A stretch of DNA of 43,355 nt from Candidatus Saccharimonadota bacterium (GTDB lineage: Bacteria > Patescibacteriota > Saccharimonadia > Saccharimonadales > Saccharimonadaceae): the NCBI GenBank assembly GCA_017512085.1, contig JAFWHD010000029.1, positions 1-43,355 on the forward strand. The letters are read 5' to 3'. The first letter of the stretch is position 1, and each line of letters starts with the position of its first letter. A program made the translations under genes and the position numbers. The notes under the pieces are model-generated. The model made no database searches, was not told where the DNA came from, and worked only from the letters and a program-made list of their open reading frames with translations. Below, one piece after another: positions 1 through 9,285 of the stretch.

Positions 1-151
1 GTCCCTTATATTCTAGCATACATTTTTCATTTCGTAAATGTCAGTATTTCCTAGCGAGGACATATTGTTTCTTTTGGAGTAATTTCAAAGAATAAGATAT
101 TCCTACATACGAAATAGCAGTCAAATAATTTTTTATGCTATAATAATATAT

Positions 152-2389
152 ATGCCAGCAACAAGGAGGAAAACTACTACTAAGAAAAAACCAACCACCC
201 GTAAAAGGGTTGAAAAGGAAGCTCCCATTGAGCACGAGCTCCCAGGCGGTTTTTGGCGACAGATTGTCGCCGTACTCATGATTGCGTTGGCTCTTTTCTT
301 TGTTATTACTTGGTTTGGTCAAGGCGGCTCCGTTCTAAATTCCGTTCATAATTTCTTCATGCAGGGGATTGGTTTTGCTACTTATTCTATTCCAGTTCTC
401 CTTGTCTATCTCGGCGTTCGTATTCTCCGCAGCGATACGAATCGCATCGCTGTTCCCATCTATATTGCTAGTATTCTTATGGTTTTTTGGATTACAGGCA
501 TCGCCGCGATTTCGGGCAATGGTGGCATCATCGGTGAATGGATGAACGGTATCTTTACGAAGGTTCTAAATCAAGGCGTCGTGATATTTATATATATAGT
601 ATTGATTTTTATTACTACTGCCTTTATTTTTCAAATTTCCCCCGTCACCCTCTTTAAGGGCACTAAGAATCTCGCCAAACGCGAAAAGACGGAAGCCGCC
701 GAAAAAACAGATCGTAAAAAGAATAATAAATACGGTTCTCTTGAAATCAAAGTTAATTCAGGTATAGAGGCGAGCGAGGAGTCCACTGGTAAGACTCCCG
801 CCATGAAACGTCTCGGCAAAATGGGTAAAAAATCCGCAGTCCCCGCTCCTGCTCCTGCGAAGGTTGAAGAAAAAGCACTTGTTGCTATCAGTGATCCCGA
901 TTGGAAGATGCCAAGCACTGACCTCCTTACAAAGAAACAATCCCCCGCTGATGCCGGCAATATCCAGCAGAATGCCTTCATTATTAAAAACACTTTTGCC
1001 GAGTTCGGCATTGACGTTGAAATGGAAGGAGCCAATGTTGGTCCGCGTGTCACTCAGTACACCTTAAAGGCTCCTGGCGGTGTCAACTTAGGCAAAATCG
1101 CCGCCCGCGACAAAGAGCTTGCTTATAAGCTATCCGCCCAGACCGTCCGTATTGAGGCTCCTATCCCTGGCACTCAGCTCATCGGTGTAGAGGTACCAAA
1201 TACTCGTGCCGCGTCTGTTTCTCTCCGTAGTATCCTCGAGTCGAATGAATGGAAACAAAATCATCACCCGCTTACTTTCACAGTCGGGAAAGACATTTCT
1301 GGTAAGCCAGTTGTCGCCGACCTCCCCAGTATGCGTCATCTTCTTATCGCTGGTACGACTGGTTCTGGTAAGTCCGTTATGACGAACACCCTCATCATGT
1401 CATTACTTTTCCGTAATTCTCCTAGTGATATGCGCCTTATTATCGTTGATCCGAAACAAGTAGAAATGGTCGCCTATAACGACATCCCCCATTTGCTTAC
1501 CCCAGTCATTACCGACACCACGAAGGCTTTTTCCGCTATGAAATGGGCTGCCGCTGAAATGGATCTCCGCTACAAGCTCATGGCTGAGCACCATGTAAAA
1601 AACATTGCCGATTATAATGCCATGGTTGAGAAATCCTCCGCGAAGGATAAACCAGACGAGAATAGTGTAAGTAAAATGCCATACATCGTCATTGTCATTG
1701 ACGAGATGAGCGACCTCATGATGCAAGCAGGGAAGGAACTTGAGCCGTTAATCGTCCGCATCGCCCAGCTCGGTCGTGCCGCTGGTATGCATCTCGTTCT
1801 CGCCACCCAGAAACCAGTAGTAAAAGTCATTACTGGCCTCATTAAGGGAAATATCCCATCTCGTATCGCCTTCCGTGTTCTTACTAGTATGGAGTCGCGT
1901 ATTATCCTTGACCAATCAGGCGCCGAGAAGCTACTCGGCCAGGGCGATATGCTTCTTTCTACCGAGGAGACTATGAACGGTCCCGAGCGCGTTCAGGGTG
2001 CCTGGACTCCTGATGCTGATATTGAGAAAGTTACGAATTTCCTCCGTGCTCAGCGTCCGCCCGAATACAATGACGAAGTTATCTCACAGGCTGTCGCTCT
2101 AAAAGGTGTCCCTGGCGGTGGTGGTGGCGGCGACATGGATGGTATGGGCCGTAAATTTGATCCCCAGGATCCACTCGTCCGCAAGGCGGTTGAGATTAGC
2201 CTTAGTAATGGCAAATTCTCTACCGGCATGCTCCAGACCAGACTGTCAAAGGGCCACGGTTGGGTGTCCGGCCTCGGCTACTGGCTGGAAGAAATCGGTG
2301 CTGTTGGCCCCACTCAGGGCACGAAACCTCGCGAGCTTCTCATCTCCAGCATGGAAGATTTTGACGCACTGGTAAGCGCCGACGAATAG
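152..2389 (+). CDS. ftsK: DNA translocase FtsK/SpoIIIE
   Basis: N-terminal TM helices; Walker A GTTGSGKS; IVDPKQVE; Walker B IVIDEMSDL; GRAAGMHLVLATQKP; GAEKLLGQGDML; C-terminal gamma-like domain. Confidence 0.97.
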   Translation: MPATRRKTTTKKKPTTRKRVEKEAPIEHELPGGFWRQIVAVLMIALALFFVITWFGQGGSVLNSVHNFFMQGIGFATYSIPVLLVYLGVRILRSDTNRIAVPIYIASILMVFWITGIAAISGNGGIIGEWMNGIFTKVLNQGVVIFIYIVLIFITTAFIFQISPVTLFKGTKNLAKREKTEAAEKTDRKKNNKYGSLEIKVNSGIEASEESTGKTPAMKRLGKMGKKSAVPAPAPAKVEEKALVAISDPDWKMPSTDLLTKKQSPADAGNIQQNAFIIKNTFAEFGIDVEMEGANVGPRVTQYTLKAPGGVNLGKIAARDKELAYKLSAQTVRIEAPIPGTQLIGVEVPNTRAASVSLRSILESNEWKQNHHPLTFTVGKDISGKPVVADLPSMRHLLIAGTTGSGKSVMTNTLIMSLLFRNSPSDMRLIIVDPKQVEMVAYNDIPHLLTPVITDTTKAFSAMKWAAAEMDLRYKLMAEHHVKNIADYNAMVEKSSAKDKPDENSVSKMPYIVIVIDEMSDLMMQAGKELEPLIVRIAQLGRAAGMHLVLATQKPVVKVITGLIKGNIPSRIAFRVLTSMESRIILDQSGAEKLLGQGDMLLSTEETMNGPERVQGAWTPDADIEKVTNFLRAQRPPEYNDEVISQAVALKGVPGGGGGGDMDGMGRKFDPQDPLVRKAVEISLSNGKFSTGMLQTRLSKGHGWVSGLGYWLEEIGAVGPTQGTKPRELLISSMEDFDALVSADE

Positions 2390-2448
2390 TCTCCATCTAC
2401 GATCCCTAAAATCCACTTCACCTACATAATGTATGCTATAATAAACTT

Positions 2449-3168
2449 ATGTATAACGAGGTCAACACTTCTCCCATTAAACTATTTTTCCATCAAAAAT
2501 GGGTTCGTATCGTCCTCGTCCTAGATCTACTCGCCATCATTGCAGTTATTGCTGTCGCGATTTTTAACACCACAAAAACCGCCGTCGTCACTTTTTATGT
2601 CGCTCCCACTGACGCCACCATCACCGTAAATGGCGCTAAATACGAGAACGGCACTTACAAATTCTCCCCCGGCTCTTACGATATTACCATTTCTCACCCC
2701 GAGTTAAACTCCAAAACTTTCCACTACGACCTCGCGAGCGACTCTTCTACACTCGTTACGACTTTTCTCTCCTCTACTGATGACGATGGCGACCCATCAT
2801 TCGATTTTTACGAGCAAAGTTCCAATTATTATTCCTTCCAAGCCCTCGCCTCCATCGCTGGCAAAGACAATAACCAAACCACCGACCACGACACTTCCGC
2901 CGAAGATTTCGTCGCCAGGATGCAAAAAATTCTCAGTATCGAATCGCTATTACCTATCGTAGGCAACATTATGGGGGCGCCAGGCGTGAACACCGCCACC
3001 GCCGGTTATTCCATCCGTAATAATATCGGCAATCAAGAATGTCAGAGAATTGCTTGTTTATTAGCCATGTATTACGGAGAAGGTTATGAGGAAGCTATCG
3101 CCGAAGAAATTAAATCAGTTGGTTATAATCCTGTAGACTACGAAATTATTTATGAAAGGTATAAATAA
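2449..3168 (+). CDS. Membrane-anchored protein with PEGA-like domain
   Basis: N-terminal TM helix then VAPTDATITVNG...FSPGSYDITISHP, the PEGA pattern; stop overlaps the next start (TAATG). Confidence 0.7.
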   Translation: MYNEVNTSPIKLFFHQKWVRIVLVLDLLAIIAVIAVAIFNTTKTAVVTFYVAPTDATITVNGAKYENGTYKFSPGSYDITISHPELNSKTFHYDLASDSSTLVTTFLSSTDDDGDPSFDFYEQSSNYYSFQALASIAGKDNNQTTDHDTSAEDFVARMQKILSIESLLPIVGNIMGAPGVNTATAGYSIRNNIGNQECQRIACLLAMYYGEGYEEAIAEEIKSVGYNPVDYEIIYERYK

Positions 3169-5891
3169 TGTTGAAGAAAATTATCGCAAATCTAACCGTT
3201 GGAATTAGTGGGATTCTCATCGCCATTGGCATCCTCACGCTCATCGGCTCCGCCAGACCTACTAGTCATCAGGCCAGCGCCCTGACCAGCAAAGAACAAA
3301 ACAAATACGCTCAAAACAACATCCTTTTCTACAATGACGAATGCGTTCCTACGGGAAACTCCGTTCTCAATTCCGGCGGTAGTGGCTTCAATATCGCCAA
3401 TAGCGGATTCAAAATTGACGGCAATGTTGACGCTTTGGATTTCTGGTATGCTGAGGGTTGTCTTAATAACGGCGAATGCACGGGCCACATCTATGGGGAT
3501 AGTGGAACTTACTTTGGTGCGAACCCTCTTCTTCCTGGCGCTACAAAGGTAGATAAAGATTTTGGCGATTTGCAATATATCTATGCTGAGAATTATGATA
3601 TCAATTATGATGTTTGGCCGCCTAAATTCACTGAGAAAACCGGACCCAAGAGCGACCGTAAATATTATTGGATTGTCTTGCCTGCTTATGCCTATACGAA
3701 TGGTTTAGGCGAAACTTATGTTGCGAAGTTTGAAAACTTAAGCGAGCCAGTTTACTTTATTACTTTTGATGCCCACGCTTGTGGGGATCAATCTCAAAGC
3801 TACTGTTACGATTGCGGGGCCAACAAAGGATGTAATAATCACCCAGACGACACCCTAATTGGCAAAGAATTCCTCGGTGCTTTCGAGCAGGCCGGCGGTG
3901 ACTATACCAAAGTTGCTAAAATAACCGGCAAACTTACTTATTTTCATCGTATAGCAGGTAGAGGGGAAGTATTAATTCCCGAGAATGCTTCCGGCGGCGG
4001 TTTCGCCCTCGCCGGCGCCGGCTCCTCCGCCGATTCTTCTAGTGGCTCCGACTCGTCAAGCAATTCTGGCTCATCCAGTTCCAGCTCGTCAAGTACGACA
4101 GGATCCAGCGCTTCAGGAGATTTCAGTTCTATTAAAAGTGCTAAAAACGCTAACAAGTCCGTTTTTGATACCGATGAATATGGCGAGTGGGGGGCAAACT
4201 GGAACGACAATGACACTGCGAGTCTGAAGCGCGCTCTAGAAACTTACGGTGACCTTGCTTATCAAACCGGTAAAGCCATCGGCGCCCCATGGAAAGCGAT
4301 TTTCGTTCAAATGCGCTACGAAGACCCCGGCTCCGTTTGTGGTAAAAATAACTTCTGGGGCATGGGTTGCCCTCCAAACACCAGCAAGGGCAACGGTAGC
4401 AATTATGACACTTTGGGCGATGGCTTCGCTGGCTACGCGAAATACGCTACGCAGATTTGTACTGGTGCTCGAAATGTTTCCGACCTCGACGCTTGCCGAG
4501 CTTCGCTGAAAGTCAGTGATCCTCTTCAATACCTCAAAAATCTCGGTCCGCTCTGGGTCCAGGGCGATGCAAACGGAAATGGTTATTGGTTTATCGACGC
4601 TGTAAAAAATTCACTAAATAAGCTTGACGCCTTCCTCGCCACCGACGAAGGTAAGGCCATCGTCGAGAAATTCGGCAACTATTCTGGTGATGATAGCAGT
4701 GGCGGTAGCTGCAGTCTTAGCACCGTGGAAATCCCGTCATATAATCAATGTTCCGGAGATTGGGCGAACTATCCCTATAATTACGCCGCCGGCAAAACCA
4801 TCTGTAGTGGCGGTTGCGGACCTTCCTCCATGGCTATGCTTGTTACGGTCTTGACCGGCCAGACCGTCTACCCTAATGACATTGTAGATCTCACTACGTC
4901 TGCCGGCCAGTATCCAAATTCGGATGTTGGTTACGAACTAACTCAAATTGTCGCCGACAAATACAATCTCGAAACACAGAAAATCACTTATTCTAGCAAA
5001 CAAGACGCTTACGATAAAATCAAAAAATATCTAAACGACGGTTATGTTGTTCACCTTTCTGGCAGCGGTAGTCATCCAGGCTTCTCAAACAGTAATACTT
5101 CCGGCCACTATATCGGTCTAGTTAGTATCGACAGCGACGATAAAGTTCGTGTTGCCAATTCTAATGCGATAGGGAATAATACCACCGACCTTCAAAATAT
5201 CGTTGATGCCATTCACAACGGCTCCTTTGTTATTCTAAAAAACAAAGGCGGCGCTGCTTGCAACGGCGGTAGCGGCGGTGGCAACTCAGGCGGCATCATT
5301 GACCCATGTGATGACGGCTCGGGTGGCATTAGTGGTGGTTCTGGCGATAGCTCTGGCGGAGATTACGGAAGCGATTCTAGTGCTACGACTGAATGTGGCA
5401 AAAAAGCCCTTGCTTCCGCTAAAAAAATCATTGACATCGCCAATCAATACGGCTTTGACTACAATCAAGGCTCACATGATTTAAGTGGCCAATTCGATGA
5501 GATTTTGAAAGGTCGCTATTTCGAGACCGACTGTACTGGCTTCGCTAGCTTCGTCATGTATGACGCATTTGGCGTCAAGGAGGTTTTTTGGACAGGTAGT
5601 ATTGCTGGCAATTCAAATTACAAGGAAGTATCCAAAAGCGAGGTTCAGGTTGGTGACATCTTTAATTATAACTACGGCTGTACTGCTCACGGCGGGATTA
5701 TTACAAAGATTGAAAATGGCAAAATCACCGAAATTGCTCAGACCGGCAGACCTGAATATCTCACAAGTGGCACATCAAGCAAAAATGGCAGGCTAGGTTA
5801 TTCCTATTATCCAAATCTAGACAATGGCAATCTCAACTGCGTTAATAGCGCAAGCGATGTCAAATATTATCGTTACAAGGAGTGCAATTAA
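3168..5891 (+). CDS. Secreted multidomain cell-wall hydrolase (glucosaminidase/lysozyme-like + C39-like peptidase + NlpC/P60-like)
   Basis: Signal/TM segment; Ser/Gly linkers; QMRYE...KNNFWGM...YDTLGDGFAGY; YNQ...W...TICSGGCGPSSMAM...GHYI; DCTGFASFVM...GDIF...HGGI. Confidence 0.75.
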   Translation: MLKKIIANLTVGISGILIAIGILTLIGSARPTSHQASALTSKEQNKYAQNNILFYNDECVPTGNSVLNSGGSGFNIANSGFKIDGNVDALDFWYAEGCLNNGECTGHIYGDSGTYFGANPLLPGATKVDKDFGDLQYIYAENYDINYDVWPPKFTEKTGPKSDRKYYWIVLPAYAYTNGLGETYVAKFENLSEPVYFITFDAHACGDQSQSYCYDCGANKGCNNHPDDTLIGKEFLGAFEQAGGDYTKVAKITGKLTYFHRIAGRGEVLIPENASGGGFALAGAGSSADSSSGSDSSSNSGSSSSSSSSTTGSSASGDFSSIKSAKNANKSVFDTDEYGEWGANWNDNDTASLKRALETYGDLAYQTGKAIGAPWKAIFVQMRYEDPGSVCGKNNFWGMGCPPNTSKGNGSNYDTLGDGFAGYAKYATQICTGARNVSDLDACRASLKVSDPLQYLKNLGPLWVQGDANGNGYWFIDAVKNSLNKLDAFLATDEGKAIVEKFGNYSGDDSSGGSCSLSTVEIPSYNQCSGDWANYPYNYAAGKTICSGGCGPSSMAMLVTVLTGQTVYPNDIVDLTTSAGQYPNSDVGYELTQIVADKYNLETQKITYSSKQDAYDKIKKYLNDGYVVHLSGSGSHPGFSNSNTSGHYIGLVSIDSDDKVRVANSNAIGNNTTDLQNIVDAIHNGSFVILKNKGGAACNGGSGGGNSGGIIDPCDDGSGGISGGSGDSSGGDYGSDSSATTECGKKALASAKKIIDIANQYGFDYNQGSHDLSGQFDEILKGRYFETDCTGFASFVMYDAFGVKEVFWTGSIAGNSNYKEVSKSEVQVGDIFNYNYGCTAHGGIITKIENGKITEIAQTGRPEYLTSGTSSKNGRLGYSYYPNLDNGNLNCVNSASDVKYYRYKECN

Positions 5892-6656
5892 ATGTACAAG
5901 GATAAATCTCAACTTGGCTATCTCCCCATCATTTGTATCAGCATAGAATTTCTTTTTATTATCATCATTATTGCCATCCTCGCAAAACTGTTTAGTGTCA
6001 ATAATATTACTACCGATATTAATAGTCAACCAGCCGTCACTATCAGTAATCTTCGCTCCACCATTCCAGAGCTTTCCCCAGAAATAGCTAGCACTACTGA
6101 ACGTCAATTATATACAGCCCTACTTAGCAATTCGCCACAAAGCTCCATCCTGGACTCAGCTACGAATAGTGTTATTGTGGAAGGTAGCGTCATTAGAAAT
6201 AATTTTGACGATGTCGGCATTAATTTAATTAGTGCAGCGATTGATATTCCGGCGCTAGAACAATCATATAGTTTCTATTATGGTTATCCGCAAGAGGGAA
6301 ATAATGATTTTCAAACATTTTACACTATTCTTTGCCCAGTTAGCAACAAGGTCGGCTCTTATTCCAACTTTAATTGTCGTAACGATTCATTCGTAGGAGA
6401 CGCAACAAAAAACAGCATCCTATCTTCTTTCCTTTCGTATTTTGACTTTGCCTATTTTTCAGCATCTCTAGATGCAACTAATTCTAACCGAGTAATTATT
6501 CGCCCTTCCATTACTTACAATAATGACCAAAAAACCAAAGACGGTTTTATTGAAGAAGTTCAAGATGCTATTGAGTCGCTCGGTATGGATCCAAGCGAAT
6601 ATGAATATTACGTTCGCACTGCGGCTGATATAAATTACGAAAATAATGACCGCTAA
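5892..6656 (+). CDS. Hypothetical membrane-anchored protein
   Basis: 254-aa ORF abutting the hydrolase, one N-terminal TM helix; C-terminus (IESLGMDPSEYEYY) resembles that of 2449-3168 (IKSVGYNPVDYEII). Confidence 0.7.
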   Translation: MYKDKSQLGYLPIICISIEFLFIIIIIAILAKLFSVNNITTDINSQPAVTISNLRSTIPELSPEIASTTERQLYTALLSNSPQSSILDSATNSVIVEGSVIRNNFDDVGINLISAAIDIPALEQSYSFYYGYPQEGNNDFQTFYTILCPVSNKVGSYSNFNCRNDSFVGDATKNSILSSFLSYFDFAYFSASLDATNSNRVIIRPSITYNNDQKTKDGFIEEVQDAIESLGMDPSEYEYYVRTAADINYENNDR

Positions 6657-6804
6657 GCAAATGTCTCTATATTGCCCAACGAGACTTTCATAATCTTGCT
6701 TACACTCCTTGATACTTTACCTCCCTTGTGCTATAATATACATATTATCAGCTCAGCAAACGACTAATGTAGATAAGTGCGTTTGCTTTAACCAAAGGAG
6801 TTTT

Positions 6805-7164
6805 ATGAAAAACTACGAACTCACGGTCGTGTTTCATCCCGATCTCGAGATGAATCTCGCACCAGCCCTCGATAAGGTTCATCAGGCCATCGAGAGCGTA
6901 TCAGGTACCATCACGAAAGAGACCAATGACGGCAAGAAGCGTCTCGCCTATCCTCTTTCTGGTCAGGAGTACGGTATTTATTACTTTATAGATATTGATC
7001 TCCCCGCAGATGGCCCCAAGAAATTATCTAATGCTTTCAATATTAATAGCGAAATTATCCGCTACCTCCTAGTAAAAGTTGACAGCAAAAAGGCCAAATT
7101 GGCCGCCCGTAAAGCGGAAGCCGACGCAAAAAAAGCAAAACATGAATCAGAGGAGGAAAAATAA
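6805..7164 (+). CDS. rpsF: 30S ribosomal protein S6
   Basis: MKNYELTVVFHPDL...GKKRLAYP...IIRYLLVK; AAAGGAG RBS before ATG 6805. Confidence 0.96.
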   Translation: MKNYELTVVFHPDLEMNLAPALDKVHQAIESVSGTITKETNDGKKRLAYPLSGQEYGIYYFIDIDLPADGPKKLSNAFNINSEIIRYLLVKVDSKKAKLAARKAEADAKKAKHESEEEK

Positions 7165-7166
7165 TC

Positions 7167-7628
7167 ATGCGCGGATTTAGCAAAGCTATCATTACTGGCA
7201 ATCTTACTAGAGACCCAGAGCTTCGCACCACCCCAAACGGTTCCAATGTTTGTAGCTTCTCAGTTGCTGTTAATCGCACCTATCGCGATGCGAACGGCGA
7301 ACAAAAAGAAGAAGTCTCTTATCTTGATTGCTCCGCTTGGAATAAGCTCGGCGAGATGATTGCACAGTATGCCAAGAAAGGCAGCGGCGTTCTCGTTTCT
7401 GGTCGTCTCTCTCAGCGTAGTTGGGAAGATAAGACCGATGGAAAGAAACGCTCTCGCGTTGAAATCGTAGTTGAGGACTTTAATTTCACCGGCGGCGGTG
7501 ATCGCTCAGGTGATGGCGGCTACGGCAGTAGATCCTCTAGTGCATCCAGCACTAGCACTTCTTTGAGCACACCAGCACCAGAGCCCGAAGATGGTGGCGA
7601 AATTGATCTCAGCGAGATTCCATTTTAA
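7167..7628 (+). CDS. ssb: Single-stranded DNA-binding protein
   Basis: [14 protein letters not shown] fold; acidic tail EIPF; rpsF-ssb-rpsR synteny. Confidence 0.98.
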   Translation: MRGFSKAIITGNLTRDPELRTTPNGSNVCSFSVAVNRTYRDANGEQKEEVSYLDCSAWNKLGEMIAQYAKKGSGVLVSGRLSQRSWEDKTDGKKRSRVEIVVEDFNFTGGGDRSGDGGYGSRSSSASSTSTSLSTPAPEPEDGGEIDLSEIPF

Positions 7629-7660
7629 CAAATAATATAATAAGAAGGATATATAATATA

Positions 7661-7855
7661 ATGAAAAAAATTAAAAGTGATCCGAACCTATACTTCGATT
7701 ATCGCGACGTGAAAACTCTCCAGCGATACCTCGATGTTTACGGGCGCATAGAGCCTATTAGTAAAACTGGTCTTAGCGTAAAGCAACAGCGACAGTTAGC
7801 CGTCGCTGTAAAACGCGCTCGTCATCTAGCACTCTTACCATTTGTGGGGGCATAA
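7661..7855 (+). CDS. rpsR: 30S ribosomal protein S18
   Basis: [13 protein letters not shown]...[26 protein letters not shown]. Confidence 0.97.
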   Translation: MKKIKSDPNLYFDYRDVKTLQRYLDVYGRIEPISKTGLSVKQQRQLAVAVKRARHLALLPFVGA

Positions 7856-7856
7856 G

Positions 7857-8417
7857 ATGTACGGACCGACAGATTTAAAGAAAAACACCCTGATTACCTT
7901 GGATGGCCAGCCATACAAGGTGATTGAGTATTCTCAAAAAGTTATGGGCCGTGGTGGTTCCATCGTTAATGTTAAGGTAAAGAATCTAATCACTGGCGCT
8001 CTCCTCCCCAAGACTTTCAAAGGTCAGGAAAAAATCGAGCCCGCCGAAGTCACCACACGGAAAGTTCAATATCTATACCGAGATGACGAAAAGTTCTACT
8101 TCATGGACCCAGAAAGTTTTGAGCAATTTGAGCTCATGAAAGACCTTGTGGGCGACGCTTCGGGTTTTATGAAGGATGGCGATGAGATGGAAATCCAATT
8201 CTATAATGGTACCCCCATCAATTTGCAACTTCCCAAGAATCTTTGGCTCACCGTCACTTATACTGAAAATGCCGTCAAAGGTGACACCTCTACCTCAGTC
8301 ATGAAGGATGCTACATTGGAGACGGGTATCGTCATTAAAGTCCCTGCTTTCATTAAGGAAGGTGACATCGTCTCAGTTGATACGGAGACCAGCGCTTATC
8401 GTGAACGCAAGAAATAA
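7857..8417 (+). CDS. efp: Elongation factor P
   Basis: MGRGG loop, VQYLYRD, VKGDT, LETG, VPAFIKEGD, YRER; ATG at 7857. Confidence 0.96.
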   Translation: MYGPTDLKKNTLITLDGQPYKVIEYSQKVMGRGGSIVNVKVKNLITGALLPKTFKGQEKIEPAEVTTRKVQYLYRDDEKFYFMDPESFEQFELMKDLVGDASGFMKDGDEMEIQFYNGTPINLQLPKNLWLTVTYTENAVKGDTSTSVMKDATLETGIVIKVPAFIKEGDIVSVDTETSAYRERKK

Positions 8418-8967
8418 TCAACCTATTCGAGGCTATATTAAGCTATCTAGCGCTGCAAAGTCCTTTGATTTTGATTTCCACGATAAAATCGTATTGGATA
8501 TTGGTTCTTCGACTGGTGGTTTCACCGCCTACGCATTAGACGCCGGCGCCAAAAATGTTATCGCGGTAGAGAAGGGAACAAATCAGATGATGCGCCCACT
8601 TCGCTTTGATCCCCGTATTGAGCTCCACGAAAAAACTGATATTTTTGATTTTAAGATGTCAAAAAAGCCAGACGTCATTGTGGCTGACATTTCATTCCTA
8701 AGCCTCAAAAAAGTTCTAGCCTACGCGAAACACCACCTCGCAAAATCAGACACCGATTTCCTCGTCATGCTGAAACCTCAATTTGAAGCCAACCCCGAGG
8801 ATTTGCATAATGGCGTCGTCAAAAACGAAACCATTCGTCGCCAAATCATCAAGAATTTTGAATCATGGCTCAAATTCCATAACTTTGTCATCATCAAAAA
8901 ACACGACAACGACCTAAAAGGCAAAACCGGCAACCGCGAAAGATTCTACTGGCTAAAACTAGTATAA
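8401..8967 (+). CDS. tlyA: TlyA-family RNA methyltransferase lacking the N-terminal S4 domain
   Basis: RGYIKL, LDIGSSTGGFT, DISFLSL, LKPQFEA, GKTGNRE; GTG 8401 overlapping the efp end is the most plausible start. Confidence 0.85.
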   Translation: MNARNNQPIRGYIKLSSAAKSFDFDFHDKIVLDIGSSTGGFTAYALDAGAKNVIAVEKGTNQMMRPLRFDPRIELHEKTDIFDFKMSKKPDVIVADISFLSLKKVLAYAKHHLAKSDTDFLVMLKPQFEANPEDLHNGVVKNETIRRQIIKNFESWLKFHNFVIIKKHDNDLKGKTGNRERFYWLKLV

Positions 8968-8986
8968 GCCCAATAACGGTCTCCAG

Positions 8987-9207
8987 AAAATGGGATGCTT
9001 TCTAAGCGAACCATAAGAAGGCTGAAAAACCGAGAAAATAGTGATGAGGGTGCGGAACTGTTCGCGAGGAGTGATGTTGAAAAAGTTTACTTTTTCATCA
9101 GCACGACGTAGCGACAGTTTTGCGAAGCAAAACTGAATTCCGCGGGACCCCATCAAATTATTATCTCGGTTTTTCACCAAAAGGTTCGCGTGAAAGCATC
9201 CCATTTT
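8987..9207. repeat. Long imperfect palindrome with branched inner hairpins
   Basis: 16-bp perfect outer arms AAAATGGGATGCTTTC/GAAAGCATCCCATTTT; nested GCGAACC/GGTTCGC and TGAAAAACCGAGA/TCTCGGTTTTTCA; inner GAAAAAGT-TT-ACTTTTTC and CAGTTTTGC-GAA-GCAAAACTG. Confidence 0.85.
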
Positions 9208-9250
9208 TACTATAGAGCAAATATTTCTTGTCGCCTACGATTTTTCCCAT

Positions 9251-9279
9251 TTGACTTTTCCCGTCATTCCGCTTATAAT
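9251..9279 (+). promoter_or_regulatory. Sigma70 promoter of the pilM operon (predicted leaderless mRNA)
   Basis: TTGACT-17 nt-TATAAT, with the ATG 6 nt after the -10 box. Confidence 0.8.
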
Positions 9280-9285
9280 TAAACC

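Noticed and set aside
1-20. Possible minus-strand RNA gene start (TGcTAGAAT then GGGAC at the window edge)
   Set aside because: Only 5 nt of the putative gene are visible
8308-8400. Long N-terminal extensions in the ORF track (also 6709, 11593, 25714, 34664, 39709)
   Set aside because: They overlap upstream genes, tRNAs or promoters; downstream starts fit homology and RBS or -10 spacing better
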